Origin: Yuukianura sp. NJ FZ-2021
Lineage: Eukaryota
Reading direction: 5' to 3'
Length of the DNA: 64,000 nucleotides
NCBI GenBank assembly: GCA_046563655.1
Contig: CM102289.1
Coordinates: 8,866,001 to 8,930,000 of the forward strand
Part shown: piece by piece, positions 62,069 to 64,000 of the stretch
How the letters are laid out: each line of letters opens with the position of its first letter
Numbering within the stretch: position 1 is the stretch's first letter
The notes under the pieces: generated by a model
Seen by the model: only the letters and a program-made list of their open reading frames with translations
What the model was told of the DNA's origin: nothing
The model's database searches: none
Position numbers and translations under genes: made by a program

Positions 62069-64000
62069 ATGCAGAGAAGTCAACGATCCAATGCGGGCAA
62101 CATCTACAAAAAACGTTTAGAGGAAATTCAAATGGAAGCTCCAAGGGCGAAGAACAAGGGGAAGGTCAAGACTAAATCGAAATCCAAGAGCCCTCCAAAG
62201 ACTGCGAAGAAAGCAACCAAGAGCCCAGCCAACAAGTCACGTTACTCGTCTAGCGGCAATCGGTATAAGTCATACGTTTGAATTACGAACTTGAAATAAC
62301 ATAAATAAATGGATAAATTCAATACTAATAAGAAGAATTATGTTAGCGCATGCGCATTGGGTTCCTGTTCTTGAGTATTAATAACTGTCTACTATTAGAT
62401 TACTAATTGACTAATTGTTATTTTCGGAATTACAGGGATTCCGAGTCTGTGTCAGAGGAAGATCACTGGGATTCGGAGAGTCAGGCAGTTTCTGAAGAAG
62501 CATACTCAACTCACTCTGATGAGACGGCGACATCGACCAAGACGACACCCAACTCCAAAACATCGGCTGCCGATTCTTCACATGCTTCGTCTCCAGCAAC
62601 TCGTGCCAGCTTACGAATCAAACAAAACCTCAACAGATTCAAATGTCCACATTGCAAGGCAACTTTTGCTGAACTACGATACGTCGAATTCCATTTGCAG
62701 CAAATGCACAAATCTGCTCTGGAAGAGGAAGAAGAAGATGAAGACGAGGATTTACCCTTTGTACAAAAGAAGAAGTCACCAAGTACTTCACCTGCTGCGA
62801 AAAACAAGCAAGATACGCCGGTAGTACACTCGAAATTGAAAAATACCGCGTCGGATATAGAAGACGAAGACAACAATGACGCTGACATGGACATGATGGA
62901 ATTTGAGTCGGAAGATCCGACTGCCAAGGCCAAACCGGAAGACGTAGATGACTATTACGAGATTGAGCAAAACGACGGCTCAGGCACTTCTTATTACGTA
63001 TGCCGAAGGTGTCCAGATTATAAAACTCAGACAAAGCAAATAATTGTGAGTCACGTGCAAAGCCACATTTCGAACAATTATGTCTGCCCATACTGCCACT
63101 CAAAATTTAAAAATCGGGCCAGTTTGGAAACACATCTTTACAATCATACCGGAGTGAAGCCATTTTGTTGCAAACTCTGTGACCTTACTTTCAAAAGTTC
63201 CGATGACATGCTCAAACACTGTCGTACTGGTCACAGTCAAAAGGAAATCCGGCAAGGCACTGTCGCTCCTGCTGCCTCAGTCTCAGGCAGACCAAGTCCA
63301 ACAAATGCTCGGAAACGCGGCGGTCAAGGTGAATCTAAGTCTCCGGATTCTCCGTTTACTTGTCCCTACTGCTTCGAAAGTTTCATGAGCGTTGTCAATT
63401 TGAAAACTCATCTTAACATTCATAAAATCAAGGGAGAGGCGGATGAAGAGACGGACAAGACTCTGTGGGCTGAAATTGCAAAACAAAGTGTAAATGAAAT
63501 TGATGTCGGAGGGAGTCAGCGATTCAGTGACTTTGATTTTGAACCATCCAGGGGAAAGAAGGCGAAGAAAGAAGTATTGATTCAACATGCTGAACCGGAG
63601 ATGAAGCTGTTTGGGGAAAACCCAATGTCAACATTTGTCTTGTCGGAGGAACACGAAGCACCGCCGCAGTGCAAAATTTGCAACAGAGTGTTTCTGTACA
63701 CGACTCAGATTGAAAGACATATGCAGACGGAACACGGATCAGCGATTAGCCCTTCATCACCGTCGCTTATGCCTCCTCGACGTGTAGCAAGTAAGTTAGT
63801 TTTAAAAAAAAAATTAAAAAACAAAAAAAAATATTTTTTTTTGAACTTTTTTTTTAATTACAGAAACCTTTTTTTTCGTGTTTTTTTTAGCATCTCCATT
63901 TCGAAGTTCCGCTGGTTCTGGCTTGTCCAATCAAAATTCTCCTTCCAGAGATCTCACGCCCGTCATCACTTCAGTGGTATCTCAAGCTGCCGTACCGGAT
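62069..64000 (+). CDS. C2H2 zinc-finger protein, continues past window end
   Basis: Exons 62069-62262, 62436-63790, 63891-end are in phase. Six C2H2-type fingers, e.g. CPHCKATF..HLQQMH, CPYCHSKF..HLYNHTGVKPFCCKLC with a TGVKPF linker, CPYCFESF..HLNIH and CKICNRVF..HMQTEH. Confidence 0.88.

Noticed and set aside
62411..63588. Several minus-strand and alternative-frame ORFs
   Set aside because: Shadows of the long zinc-finger exon 62436-63790.

Overview
AT-rich eukaryotic genomic DNA with short GT-AG introns, probably from a hexapod. An odorant-binding-protein-like gene and dispersed TTAGG-like motifs point that way; a springtail-like lineage is only a guess. Positions 1-41.3 kb hold a large minus-strand HCN/Ih channel gene, truncated in the cyclic-nucleotide-binding domain (CNBD) at the window start. 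It has a 99-nt S4-S5 linker exon and at least two phase-compatible alternative first coding exons that the ORF track misses. Positions 42.9-64 kb are gene-dense: a FAM219-like protein ending in a CaaX box, a scramblase/LURP-like protein with a long Lys/Asp insert, a secreted DUF4789-like Cys-rich protein, an 8-Cys OBP-like protein, a head-to-head Tctex1-domain / DNAI1-like dynein pair, a MATE transporter, TBCA and a C2H2 zinc-finger gene running off the end. The MATE resembles a prokaryotic subfamily, has one intron and carries a dileucine motif, making it a horizontal-transfer candidate. Two small elements with terminal inverted repeats (TIRs) and target-site duplications (TSDs) are present; one sits in a DNAI1 intron and carries a perfect RFX X-box palindrome. 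All gene models were built by hand from splice sites and reading-frame phase. Family assignments rest on recalled motifs, not database searches.
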